Source: Deltaproteobacteria bacterium
GTDB taxonomy: Bacteria; Myxococcota_A; Polyangia; Fen-1088
DNA length: 64,000 bases
Assembly (NCBI GenBank): GCA_033763315.1
Contig: JANRKS010000002.1
Coordinates: 320,001 to 384,000 of the forward strand
Reading direction: 5' to 3'
The translations under genes and the position numbers were made by a program. Numbering within the stretch: the first letter of the stretch is position 1; each line of letters starts with the position of its first letter. Positions 45,771 through 54,709 of this stretch are shown here, in pieces. The notes under the pieces were generated by a model that was not told the DNA's origin, did not search any database, and saw only the letters and a list, made by a program, of their open reading frames with translations.

Positions 45771-46910
45771 TTACAAGCACGCGCCCGGAGGTACACGCGC
45801 GGCGATGACCTGCCAGCCATCGCGTCGCACGTAGATGTTGTCGCCGCTGGCGATCGGCCCAGGGCTGCCTCGCCAGGTGGGCTCCGGGCGCTTCGTCCAA
45901 GTTAGACCGTCTTGGCTCCAGCGGTTGCCGTCGGCGTTGGTGGAAACATAGAACCAGCTGCCATCAAACATCACGAAGTCCGCCTGGCTTTTGCCACACG
46001 GCTGCCAAGCGTCACTGCCATCCACCAACACCTTGCAACCTGGTTTTCCTGTCGCTTGTCCCCACACCGCCACAAAACGTCCGTTGCCATAAGCCACGCG
46101 GCCCCAGCCGTCACCATTGCCGCCTTGAAACACCCACTGCACGGACTCCGCTGCCGTTGATGGCTTCAAGATCGCTGTGCCTTCGTCGCAGATCGCCACC
46201 GCTCGTCCACCGCCACTGGCCATGAACCGCGCTGTGCAAGCGCCAGATGTGGGCTTGCTCCACGTGACGCCGCGGTCGCGTGAATATCGACGTTCGCCAT
46301 TGCCGCCAGCCACGACCCACACTGGCCCTGTGGCTGCTTGCACAACACCCGCGGCCGACATCCAGTTGCCCCTACCGGTGATGCGTGGGGTCCAGTTAAC
46401 GCCGTCCTCACTTGTGTGAACCTTGATCACGTCCGAGCCCGTTTCGTTTCCTCCGCCCGCCGCGATCAAAAGCCCATGCGCCTGATCCACGAAGCGAAAC
46501 CCGCGAGGCTCGGCATTCGTCATGTTTGCGGCCTTCCATAGCCGGCCATCGCAGGTCCATTCGATCGATGAATTCGCTTCGACCCACACAAACATCAACG
46601 CACCCTTGGCAGCCGGGCTTGTGCCCCCAGCGCCGCCCGCCCCGCCAGCCCCGCCAGTGATTGTGATCATTGTGGCGCCTGCGATGCCGCCATTTCCTCC
46701 GGCGCCACCCACGCCTGTGGCACCGCCGCTGGCCATCGTGTCCGTCTGTGTTCCTCCCGCGCCGCCCTCGCCACCAGCGCCGCCCTCGGATGAACCGCTT
46801 GAACCGTCTTCATCATCGGCCGTGGCCGCATCGTTGGGTACGCCACCGCAACCAAGAAGTACGCACGCACCTGCAGCCACAAACACGAAATGTCGGCAAA
46901 AACTACCCAT
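45771..46910 (-). CDS. lipoprotein with Gly linker and BNR/Asp-box-like beta-propeller
   Basis: LLGC lipobox, acidic/Gly linker, SEDGVNW, SRDRGVTW, SQDGLTW repeats, VAYGNGRFVAV; start ATG 46910. Confidence 0.8.
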   Translation of the reverse strand: MGSFCRHFVFVAAGACVLLGCGGVPNDAATADDEDGSSGSSEGGAGGEGGAGGTQTDTMASGGATGVGGAGGNGGIAGATMITITGGAGGAGGAGGTSPAAKGALMFVWVEANSSIEWTCDGRLWKAANMTNAEPRGFRFVDQAHGLLIAAGGGNETGSDVIKVHTSEDGVNWTPRITGRGNWMSAAGVVQAATGPVWVVAGGNGERRYSRDRGVTWSKPTSGACTARFMASGGGRAVAICDEGTAILKPSTAAESVQWVFQGGNGDGWGRVAYGNGRFVAVWGQATGKPGCKVLVDGSDAWQPCGKSQADFVMFDGSWFYVSTNADGNRWSQDGLTWTKRPEPTWRGSPGPIASGDNIYVRRDGWQVIAARVPPGACL

Positions 46911-47029
46911 GCCAAGCCTCCGATTTGTCGCCAAGCGAACCACAAGCTTGGCGCAGGCGTGAATCATAACGGCCTTGCGCCCGGTGGTCAGTGGTAGGAA
47001 TGGGCCAAGAAACGGGGCAGGGGACGATT

Positions 47030-48274
47030 CTAGGCAACAGGCTCGTGGGCCGCTTCGGTGGATTTCGGCAGCACCGCGAGCACAAGCAAAGCCGGGACGA
47101 TGAATGAGGCTGTGATCAAGAAGAAGGCACCCCAACCCACCGCGGTGGCAAGGTAGCCGGAGAACCCAGCCAGCAACAATCCGCCCAAAGTTGAGAGGCT
47201 GGTCAGCAGCGCGTATTGCGTGGCGCTGTAGCGGGTGGTGCACAAGGACATCAAAAAAGCGACAAAGGCGGCCGAACTCATGCCGCCGGCCATGTTGTCG
47301 ATTGCCACCGCGACGGCCAACATCGCGTAGCTTTTTCCCGTGTACGCCAGCGCGGCGTAGAGCACATTGGTGATCGCCGCCAAGGCGCCAAACAGCACGA
47401 GTGGTTTGCGCAATCCCGCGCGCGCCACAACCGCACCGCCCAACACGGCCCCAACGATGGTGGCGACCGAGCCGAAAACTTTGTTGAGGCTTCCCACTTC
47501 TGTTTGCGTGAAGCCAACCGTCTTCAACAAAAACGGCGTCACCATCGTGGCCGCAATCGAATCCCCCACGCGAAACAGAATGACGAACACCGCTGCGAGC
47601 CAGGCACCTTTGCGCGTGAAAAAATCCACCAATGGTTCAACAACCGCTTCGCCCAAAGTTTGTGGCGTGCGCACGGTGATGGGCTCGGGCGCTTTCCATG
47701 TGGCCCACATCGTGGCACCCACCAACACTGCAAAGCCAAAATACAAAACGCGCCACGTGAGACGGGTGGCCAACATCAACGCTAAGCCGTTCGTCAAAAA
47801 CAAAGCCACTCGGTAGCCCGTAACGAACGTGGCGGTGCCCGCCGCTCGCTCATTCTCTGGCAACAAGTCCGTGCGGTGCGCGTCCGCCACGATGTCGAAA
47901 CTGGCGGAGCAAAAGGCGAGGGCCAACGCCAGGGCGGCCACGGTCAGAGAACCTGCGCGTCCCCCCGTCAGGCCAAGGCCAACAATGAACATCATCATCA
48001 GCGCTTGGCAGAGCAGCATCCACCCACGCCTGCGTCCCGCCCACGGCAGTTGGTAACGATCCAAAAACGGGGCCCACAGAAATTTGAGGCTGTAAGGCGC
48101 ACCCACCCAAGCGAACAACCCCACCGTTGTGATCGACACGCCCTCAACCGTCATCCACGTTTGCAGGCTGCCTCGGCTGAGCATATAGGGCAGCCCCGAG
48201 GCCAAGCCGATCGGTGTTAACCAACCGACACGGGCAGAGCGGAACACGGAGAAGAATCCCTTGGATATCGCCAT
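47030..48274 (-). CDS. ampG: AmpG family muropeptide MFS permease
   Basis: GLASGLPY, PYSLKFLWAPFLDR, GRRRGW, SASFDIVADA, GYRVA, ATQYALLTSL. Confidence 0.93.
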   Translation of the reverse strand: MAISKGFFSVFRSARVGWLTPIGLASGLPYMLSRGSLQTWMTVEGVSITTVGLFAWVGAPYSLKFLWAPFLDRYQLPWAGRRRGWMLLCQALMMMFIVGLGLTGGRAGSLTVAALALALAFCSASFDIVADAHRTDLLPENERAAGTATFVTGYRVALFLTNGLALMLATRLTWRVLYFGFAVLVGATMWATWKAPEPITVRTPQTLGEAVVEPLVDFFTRKGAWLAAVFVILFRVGDSIAATMVTPFLLKTVGFTQTEVGSLNKVFGSVATIVGAVLGGAVVARAGLRKPLVLFGALAAITNVLYAALAYTGKSYAMLAVAVAIDNMAGGMSSAAFVAFLMSLCTTRYSATQYALLTSLSTLGGLLLAGFSGYLATAVGWGAFFLITASFIVPALLVLAVLPKSTEAAHEPVA

Positions 48275-48346
48275 AAGGTGGTGGCCATCTTAGGCGCCAG
48301 GCCCACATTTGGCACGATTTGCCACAGCGGGGTTGCAACAAATCCC

Positions 48347-50032
48347 ATGTCCGATAAGTCTGTGGCCATGCAGTTGCAGAACCTTTGGGTTGTGGTGGTT
48401 GGCGCTTTGCTGCTGGCACCGGGCTGCGCGATGATGGGAAGCCCCACAACGCGCAAGATCGACGAGCTCAACAACAAGGCCATGGCCGAGTGGAAAGCCG
48501 GCAAACCACAAAAAGCCGAGGAGCAGCTCAAAGACGCGCTCGATTTGGCGAACAAACAGAAGGTGGCCGACCACCCGTCTGTCGCGCAGACGCACATGAA
48601 CTTGGGTGTTGTGTCAGCGTCCTCGGGGCAGCGGAAAAAGGCCGTAGACGAAATGGTCAAGGCGCTTTTGATCGCGCCAAAATTGGAGCCCAACAAGGCG
48701 CATCGAAACGCAAAGGTGGATAAGGCCTTTGCCAGCGCACAGAAACGCGCTGAAGCCGAACGTAAGCTGAAAGCGCAGCAGAAGCCCGCGCCCGTGGTTG
48801 TGGCCGCCGCGCCACCACCTTCTGCCGCCAAGGTGGAAGAGAAGCCGGCCCCGCCTTCGCCCCCTGTGGTGGTGGAGACGAAGGGCAAAGGCAAAAAGAA
48901 AGGCAAGCGCGGCGCCCCTGTGGCCGAGGCCGAGAAGACCACGCCGCCCCCCGCGCCAGCCAAGGCTGAAGCCACCAAACCTGAACCCACCAAGCCTGAG
49001 CCTGTGACGGTGGCTCCTGTCGCGCCCCCGGCCGACGGGCTGGTTGAAGCGGCCCTTCCGGATCCTGTGCCAGAGCCCGTATTTTGCCCGCTGCAAGATG
49101 AGGTGCCGCCGGGCAAAGATCTGCCGTTTTTCTGCGCTCTCGATCCATCGTTGCATGCGAAGAAGGCCGTTCTATTTGTGCGGCCTCCCGATCAAGCTGA
49201 ATTCACCAAGCTTGAGATGCAGCGGTCGCCCCAAGGCTGGTGGGGGGCTGTGGTGCCGGGCGCCACCGTGAAGGGCAACCTTTTGCAATTCTACGTCGAG
49301 GCTGCCAAGTCCAATGGCGAGCCCGTGTCTACCGCCGGCAACAGCGAAAGCCCGAACTTCGTGCTTGTGCGCCCTGGCGTGCGTGCCGCGCGGCCTGTGA
49401 TCACGCAAGCCTTTCTTGATGGCGATGATGTGCCACCGCCCGTGGTTGAAGCCGCACCGCCGCCGCCGCCCGCCGGGTTCGAGTGGAAGAAGGTGTGGAT
49501 CGCGTTCGGCGCCGGATCGGCCTATGGCTGGCACAGCACGCAGAAACTCGAGTTCCGCCAAGAAATGGAAGAGCCTTCGGGCACCGCGTCCGCCGGCACT
49601 TTCCACGTGCTGCCCGAGGTCGGATATCGCCTTAATGAACGGTGGTCCGCGTCGCTGCAGGTGCGTTTTCAAGTGCTGCCGAATGAAGGCACCACGGGCG
49701 GTCGTCCGGGTGGCCCCGCCCCGGCGGCATTCTCGGCGCTTTTGCGCGGCCTTTATGAAGTGCCCCTCACCCAGAGGCTGAGCCTTTCAGGCAGTGCATA
49801 TTTGGGCGGTGGCGAAGGGGCGCGCTTTGTGACCGATCCCGTTCCCACGCAAGGCCGCGCCGGCACTGACAGCGTTCGCACCGGGCCGGTCTTGGTTGGT
49901 GTGGGCGTGGGGGGCTTCTTTGGTGTTACCCAGCGCTTGGCTGTCAGCGCTGAGCTGCGTTCGCTCGTAGGTCTGCCCGACTTCGGTGTATTGGGCGAGG
50001 TGAACCTCGGTTTGCGCTACAGCTTTCAATGA
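48347..50032 (+). CDS. lipoprotein: TPR + Pro/Lys-rich stalk + Ig-like domain + C-terminal outer-membrane beta-barrel
   Basis: LAPGC lipobox, AQTHMNLGVV TPR, PAPP/KPEP linker, LQFYVEA..AGNSESPN, alternating strands ending NLGLRYSFQ; start 48347 or 48368. Confidence 0.78.
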   Translation: MSDKSVAMQLQNLWVVVVGALLLAPGCAMMGSPTTRKIDELNNKAMAEWKAGKPQKAEEQLKDALDLANKQKVADHPSVAQTHMNLGVVSASSGQRKKAVDEMVKALLIAPKLEPNKAHRNAKVDKAFASAQKRAEAERKLKAQQKPAPVVVAAAPPPSAAKVEEKPAPPSPPVVVETKGKGKKKGKRGAPVAEAEKTTPPPAPAKAEATKPEPTKPEPVTVAPVAPPADGLVEAALPDPVPEPVFCPLQDEVPPGKDLPFFCALDPSLHAKKAVLFVRPPDQAEFTKLEMQRSPQGWWGAVVPGATVKGNLLQFYVEAAKSNGEPVSTAGNSESPNFVLVRPGVRAARPVITQAFLDGDDVPPPVVEAAPPPPPAGFEWKKVWIAFGAGSAYGWHSTQKLEFRQEMEEPSGTASAGTFHVLPEVGYRLNERWSASLQVRFQVLPNEGTTGGRPGGPAPAAFSALLRGLYEVPLTQRLSLSGSAYLGGGEGARFVTDPVPTQGRAGTDSVRTGPVLVGVGVGGFFGVTQRLAVSAELRSLVGLPDFGVLGEVNLGLRYSFQ

Positions 50033-50036
50033 ACTT

Positions 50037-50531
50037 ATGAGCGAAACGTTGTGCCCTTGTGGCAGCGGCGATGGCTATGACGTGTGTTGCGGGCCGGCTT
50101 TGCAAGGCCGACCCGCCCGCACGGCTTTGGCGCTCATGCGTTCGCGCTATACGGCGTACGTTGAGAAGAACATCGACTACATCGTGGCCACCGCCGACCC
50201 ACAACGGCGCTCGCAAGTCGACCGCGTGGCATCGCAAAAGTGGGCAGATGAAGCCACGTGGCATGGCCTTTCGATCATCGATGTCGTTGATGGTGGGCCC
50301 GACGATAAAGCAGGTTTCGTTGAATTCGTGGTCCGCTATTCGGCCGCGCAAGAGGAGCGTGAACATCGCGAGCGGTCGCGTTTTCGCAAAATCGGCGGCC
50401 GCTGGCATTACATCGATGCCGTGACCACGAAGACGGAGCCCCTGCGTGCCGGCCCCAAGACCGAACGCAACGCGCCTTGTCCCTGTGGCAGCGGCAAAAA
50501 GTTCAAGCGCTGTCACGGGGCCGCCGCTTAA
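50037..50531 (+). CDS. ychJ: YchJ family SEC-C motif protein
   Basis: CPCGSG..Y..CC, ALMRSRYTAY, VEF, HRERSRF, WHYID, RNAPCPCGSGKKFKRCHG. Confidence 0.92.
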   Translation: MSETLCPCGSGDGYDVCCGPALQGRPARTALALMRSRYTAYVEKNIDYIVATADPQRRSQVDRVASQKWADEATWHGLSIIDVVDGGPDDKAGFVEFVVRYSAAQEEREHRERSRFRKIGGRWHYIDAVTTKTEPLRAGPKTERNAPCPCGSGKKFKRCHGAAA

Positions 50532-50614
50532 ACGTGATTTCGAGATCGCATGCAAATCGCTTGCAACTTTTGCGTGCCCAGCGACGATAACCGGTACGCC
50601 GGAATCAACTCGCC

Positions 50615-53071
50615 ATGCAGCTTGTGATCGCAGAGAAACCGTCCGTGGCGCGCGACATTGCGCGCGTGCTGGACGTGCGCCCACAAGGACAAACGGCGTT
50701 TGTGGGCGAAGAGTGTGTGATCACATGGTGCGTGGGGCATCTGGTTGAACTTGACGAACCGGCGGCGTACGACGCGCGTTGGAAGGCGTGGCGGCTGGAC
50801 ACGCTGCCGATGTTGCCGGCCACATTTAAACTGCGTGCGGCACAAGGCACGGCCTCGCAATACAAAGCGGTGGCGCAACTGCTGACAGACAAGCGCTTCA
50901 CGCACGTCGTGAACGCGTGCGATGCGGGCCGCGAGGGCGAGCTCATCTTTCGTTACGTTTATGATTTGGCGGGCAGCCGTTTGCCGATCAAACGTCTGTG
51001 GATCTCGTCGATGACGGATGAGGCCATTCGCACCGGCTTCGCGCGCTTGCGTGCCGGCGTTGAATACGATGCGTTGGGCGCAGCGGCGCGCTGTCGCTCC
51101 GAGGCCGATTGGTTGGTGGGCCTCAACGCCACGCGGGCGGTGACCGTTCGTTACCGTTCTGCCGGTGGGCAGAACCTCTATTCGATTGGCAGGGTTCAAA
51201 CGCCGACGCTCGCCATCCTGGTGGAACGCGAACGCGCTGTGCGAAGCTTTGTTCCCAAGGATTACTTCGAGGTCCGCGGCACTTTCACCACCAAAGACGG
51301 AGGCACATTCCGCGCGCTGTGGACGCGGCTTGCGCCCCCGCTGCCCAAGGCCACACGGTTGGGAAAGCTTGTCGCCGCAAACACGATTGTGGACCGCTGC
51401 CAAGCGCATGCCACCAGCCTCGATGTGGCGGGCCCCGTGGTGGAAACGTTGGAGCAAAAGAAAACCAGCGAGCCCCCGCCACTGTTGTTTGATCTCACGT
51501 CGTTGCAACGAACGGCCAACCGTCGCTTTGGTTTGAGCGCCACGCGCACTTTGGAAGTGGCGCAAGCGCTTTACGAACGTCACAAGGTTTTGACTTATCC
51601 GCGTACCGACGCTCGCCACCTGTCCTCCGATATGGTGGCCGAGCTGCCAAAGTTATTTGGCGGCGTGGCGCAGATTCCGCAATACACGTCGTTTGCGCGT
51701 CCGCTTGTGCAAGTGCCGCCCGTGCCGCCGAGGCGGGTCTTCGACGACAAGAAGGTGCATGATCACCACGCGATCGTGCCCACGGGCAAAGTGGTGGATA
51801 TATCGCGCCTCGACCGCGACGAACAGCGCGTTTTCGATTTGGTCGTGCGGCGGTTTTTGGGCGCGTTTTATCCCGACGCTGAATTTGCGAACACCGAGGC
51901 GGTGATTCGCGTGGGGCCGGGGGCTGTTACCACTGTGGCAGCGTCAGCAAGCAAGCGTCTTTCCAACAACAAACGCGCGTCTGTGGAGGGTGACATCGAA
52001 GAGGACGAAGAAATGTTGGACGAGGCGCCGCCTGCGCCCGACCGCTTCGTGGCGCGAGGTCGCATTCGCTTGGTGCCGGGCTGGCACGTGGTGGCAGGCT
52101 TCGGCGATAAACCGGGCGAAGGCGAGGCCGACGCGCAAGAGCCCACACTGCCGGCGCTCGCAAAAGACGCGCGCTTGGACGGCACCTTCGAATCGATCAC
52201 CAAGCAAACCAAGCCTCCACCGCGCCACACCGAGGGCACCTTGTTGGCCGCGATGGAAACAGCGGGCCGGCACATCGAAGACGAAGAATTGCGTGCGGCT
52301 ATGAAGGAAGCGGGTTTGGGCACGCCCGCCACGCGCGCGAGCATCATCGAGACGCTGGTGAAGCGCACCTTCGTGCAACGCCAGGCCAAACAGATCGTGC
52401 CGACCGAGACGGGCATGGCCTTGATCGCGTCGTTGCCCGTGCCCACGTTGGCTTCACCCGAGTTGACAGGCTCGTGGGAGGCGCGCTTGTCTCGCATTGC
52501 GCGCGGCCAAGACACGCGCGACGCTTTCATGCGGGACATTGCCACCTACGTGACCGATGTGGTGGAAGCCGTTCGCAAGGCCCCGCTCGATCGCGCGATG
52601 TCGGCCGTGGCGCAGGTGGCGCCCGCGTCGCCCGCGCCGAAGCCCGCGCGCGCCGCAGAACGATCAGCCAATGCCACAGCCGGGTCACCAGCACCGCGGG
52701 CCAAACGTCCGGTTGACAAACCCGCCAAACCCAAAGCGCCGTCGCCCAAAACATCCGCGGCAAAAGCGCCGGTCGCAGCCACCATCGACACGCTCACGTG
52801 CCCGCGCTGCAAGCAGGGCACCTTGGTGCGAGGAAACCGCGGGTGGGGCTGCAGCCGTTGGAAAGCGGGTTGTGCCTTTGTGGTGTGGTTTGAGCTTGAG
52901 GGCAAAGCGCTTTCAGACACGCAGCTGCGTGAGCTGGTGGCCAAGGGCAAGACCCGCAAAACGTCGTGGCCCACCGCCCCGGGTGCGCCCGCAAAGCCCG
53001 GTCGCTTGGTGTTGGACCTTGGCGCCACGCGCGAGCGGGGTGCGGCACGATTCGCGCCCGAGCCTTCCTGA
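50615..53071 (+). CDS. topB: DNA topoisomerase III (type IA)
   Basis: IAEKPSVARDIA, TWCVGHL, ACDAGREGELIF, DWLVGLNATR, GRVQTPTL, LTYPRTD, DHHAIVPT, GLGTPATRA; C-terminal zinc ribbon. Confidence 0.95.
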   Translation: MQLVIAEKPSVARDIARVLDVRPQGQTAFVGEECVITWCVGHLVELDEPAAYDARWKAWRLDTLPMLPATFKLRAAQGTASQYKAVAQLLTDKRFTHVVNACDAGREGELIFRYVYDLAGSRLPIKRLWISSMTDEAIRTGFARLRAGVEYDALGAAARCRSEADWLVGLNATRAVTVRYRSAGGQNLYSIGRVQTPTLAILVERERAVRSFVPKDYFEVRGTFTTKDGGTFRALWTRLAPPLPKATRLGKLVAANTIVDRCQAHATSLDVAGPVVETLEQKKTSEPPPLLFDLTSLQRTANRRFGLSATRTLEVAQALYERHKVLTYPRTDARHLSSDMVAELPKLFGGVAQIPQYTSFARPLVQVPPVPPRRVFDDKKVHDHHAIVPTGKVVDISRLDRDEQRVFDLVVRRFLGAFYPDAEFANTEAVIRVGPGAVTTVAASASKRLSNNKRASVEGDIEEDEEMLDEAPPAPDRFVARGRIRLVPGWHVVAGFGDKPGEGEADAQEPTLPALAKDARLDGTFESITKQTKPPPRHTEGTLLAAMETAGRHIEDEELRAAMKEAGLGTPATRASIIETLVKRTFVQRQAKQIVPTETGMALIASLPVPTLASPELTGSWEARLSRIARGQDTRDAFMRDIATYVTDVVEAVRKAPLDRAMSAVAQVAPASPAPKPARAAERSANATAGSPAPRAKRPVDKPAKPKAPSPKTSAAKAPVAATIDTLTCPRCKQGTLVRGNRGWGCSRWKAGCAFVVWFELEGKALSDTQLRELVAKGKTRKTSWPTAPGAPAKPGRLVLDLGATRERGAARFAPEPS

Positions 53072-53137
53072 TCCACAGCACCGCACGTTTTCGCGTGAAC
53101 GCGTGACCTACATGTGCTGTAGTCACCCTCACCATCG

Positions 53138-53389
53138 ATGTCGTTCGCTTGTGCCGCACCAGACGCCGAGCTGCCCCTGCTGGAGGGGCGCCGTCGTCGT
53201 CTCGAAAAGCTGCGGTGGCAGTTGCGCGTGGCGCGCCGGGCGGTGGGCGCCAAGCGTAAACAACGCGCAGAGTTTGGCGACGTCTCCCCAGCCCACGGCT
53301 TAGATCTGGCGGTGGTTTTGGGCTTCTTCGCCGGCTGCGGGGCGGCCTCGCTCCTGACGTATGTGGCCACGCGCTGGGTGCTGTCATGA
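53138..53389 (+). CDS. small coiled-coil protein with C-terminal TM (83 aa)
   Basis: ATG start, Arg-rich helix, C-terminal hydrophobic segment, ATGA overlap with next gene. Confidence 0.55.
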   Translation: MSFACAAPDAELPLLEGRRRRLEKLRWQLRVARRAVGAKRKQRAEFGDVSPAHGLDLAVVLGFFAGCGAASLLTYVATRWVLS

Positions 53390-53643
53390 GCAGCCGCGAC
53401 ACGATGCACGCGTCGCTGCGTCAGCTGGCCGATCTGCGGCTGGCGTCGGCCGAAATTGAACACGAGCTGGACGCGCTCAAACGTGAGCAAAGGGATCTAG
53501 ACCGGCAGATCGCCGTTGCTCGTCGACGTGGCCGGCAAACTCCGGCGCGTCGCTTCTGGCACGGCCTCGGTTTGGGCGTGTTTGTTGTTTCTGCGGTGTG
53601 GGTCACGGCCTTGGGCGTGGCACACTTGGCCATAGGCCATTGA
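53386..53643 (+). CDS. small coiled-coil protein with C-terminal TM (85 aa)
   Basis: Heptad pattern LADLRLASAEIEHELDALKREQRDLDRQI, TM tail; ATGA and TGATG overlaps on both sides. Confidence 0.65.
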   Translation: MSSRDTMHASLRQLADLRLASAEIEHELDALKREQRDLDRQIAVARRRGRQTPARRFWHGLGLGVFVVSAVWVTALGVAHLAIGH

Positions 53644-54665
53644 TGTCCGATCCCACCCGCCGCACCGTGATCGAATCTGCGCTTGGCGTGGCCGCCACGA
53701 GCGTGTCCGCTTCTGCACCACTTCGCACCGACGTTGCCCCGCACAGCAACAGCGCCGGCATTCCGTTGCGCACGCTGGGGAAAACGGGCGTGCGTGTTTC
53801 GAGTTTGGGCTTGGGTGGCTGGCACGTAGGCGCGCTGCCGAAGCCCGAAGCGATCAAGCTTATGCACGCCGCCATCGATGAAGGCGTGACCTTCTTCGAC
53901 AACGCGTGGGACTATCACGAAGGTGGCGCCGAGTCGATCATGGGCGACGCGCTGGCGGTGGATGGCAAGCGCCAGCAGGTGTTCTTGATGAGCAAGAACT
54001 GCGAACGTGACTACGAAGGGTCCATGCGCTGCTTGGACGAAAGCCTCAGGCGCCTGCGCACCGACCACCTGGATTTGTGGCAGTTTCACGAGATCAACTA
54101 CGACAACGATCCGCGTTGGTTGCTGGAGCGCGGTGGCTTGCGCGCGGCCCTCGAAGCGAAGAAAGCCGGCAAGGTTCGCTTCATCGGCTTTACGGGCCAC
54201 AAACATCCCGATCTTCATCTGGCGACGCTGCAACTGAAGTTCCCCTGGGACACAGTGCAGATGCCGATCAACATCATGGACGCGCAGTACCGCAGCTTTG
54301 AAAAGAACGTTGTTCCGGTGGCGAAGCGGCAGGGCGTGGGCATCATCGGCATGAAGAGTTTGGGTGGAGGCGCTCCCACAGGCACGTTCCTTGCGCGCAA
54401 TCGTTCTGGCCTCAGCGCCGAGCAATGCATTCGCTATTCCTTGACGGTCGATATCTCGACCCTGGTGATGGGCATCATGAGCCTTGCGCAACTTAAGCAG
54501 AACGCGGCCGTCGCACGTGCTTTTTCACCCATGCCCGCGCAAGAGAGGCAGCAGCTTCTGAAACTGTTACATGACGAAGCCACCGATGGCCGCTTCGAGC
54601 TGTTTAAGTCGACGAATCTGTTTGACGGGCCCCACCACCGAAAGCAACACGGCCATCCTGTGTGA
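53643..54665 (+). CDS. aldo/keto reductase with Tat-like signal
   Basis: TRRTVI signal, RTLGKTG..VS.LGLG, FFDNAWDY, SLRRLRTDHLDLWQFH, GKVRFIGFTGH, IGMKSLGG. Confidence 0.92.
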   Translation: MSDPTRRTVIESALGVAATSVSASAPLRTDVAPHSNSAGIPLRTLGKTGVRVSSLGLGGWHVGALPKPEAIKLMHAAIDEGVTFFDNAWDYHEGGAESIMGDALAVDGKRQQVFLMSKNCERDYEGSMRCLDESLRRLRTDHLDLWQFHEINYDNDPRWLLERGGLRAALEAKKAGKVRFIGFTGHKHPDLHLATLQLKFPWDTVQMPINIMDAQYRSFEKNVVPVAKRQGVGIIGMKSLGGGAPTGTFLARNRSGLSAEQCIRYSLTVDISTLVMGIMSLAQLKQNAAVARAFSPMPAQERQQLLKLLHDEATDGRFELFKSTNLFDGPHHRKQHGHPV

Positions 54666-54709
54666 CGTTGATCGTAGAGCCTGCGGGGCTTTGCGGTTAT
54701 GGTGGGCGC

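Noticed and set aside
48310-48323. TGGCACGATTTGC as a sigma-54 promoter
   Set aside because: GG-to-GC spacing is 2 nt too short for a -24/-12 promoter
50528-51619. 363-aa antisense ORF opposite topB (and similar long ORFs at 40825-41904, 53421-54491, 56183-57220, 6898-8019)
   Set aside because: Shadow ORFs expected in high-GC coding DNA; they overlap well-supported genes and show no recognisable motifs
53075-53120. ACAGCAC..GTGCTGT inverted repeat after topB as a terminator
   Set aside because: Only a 7-bp stem with a long loop and no U-tract; too weak to call
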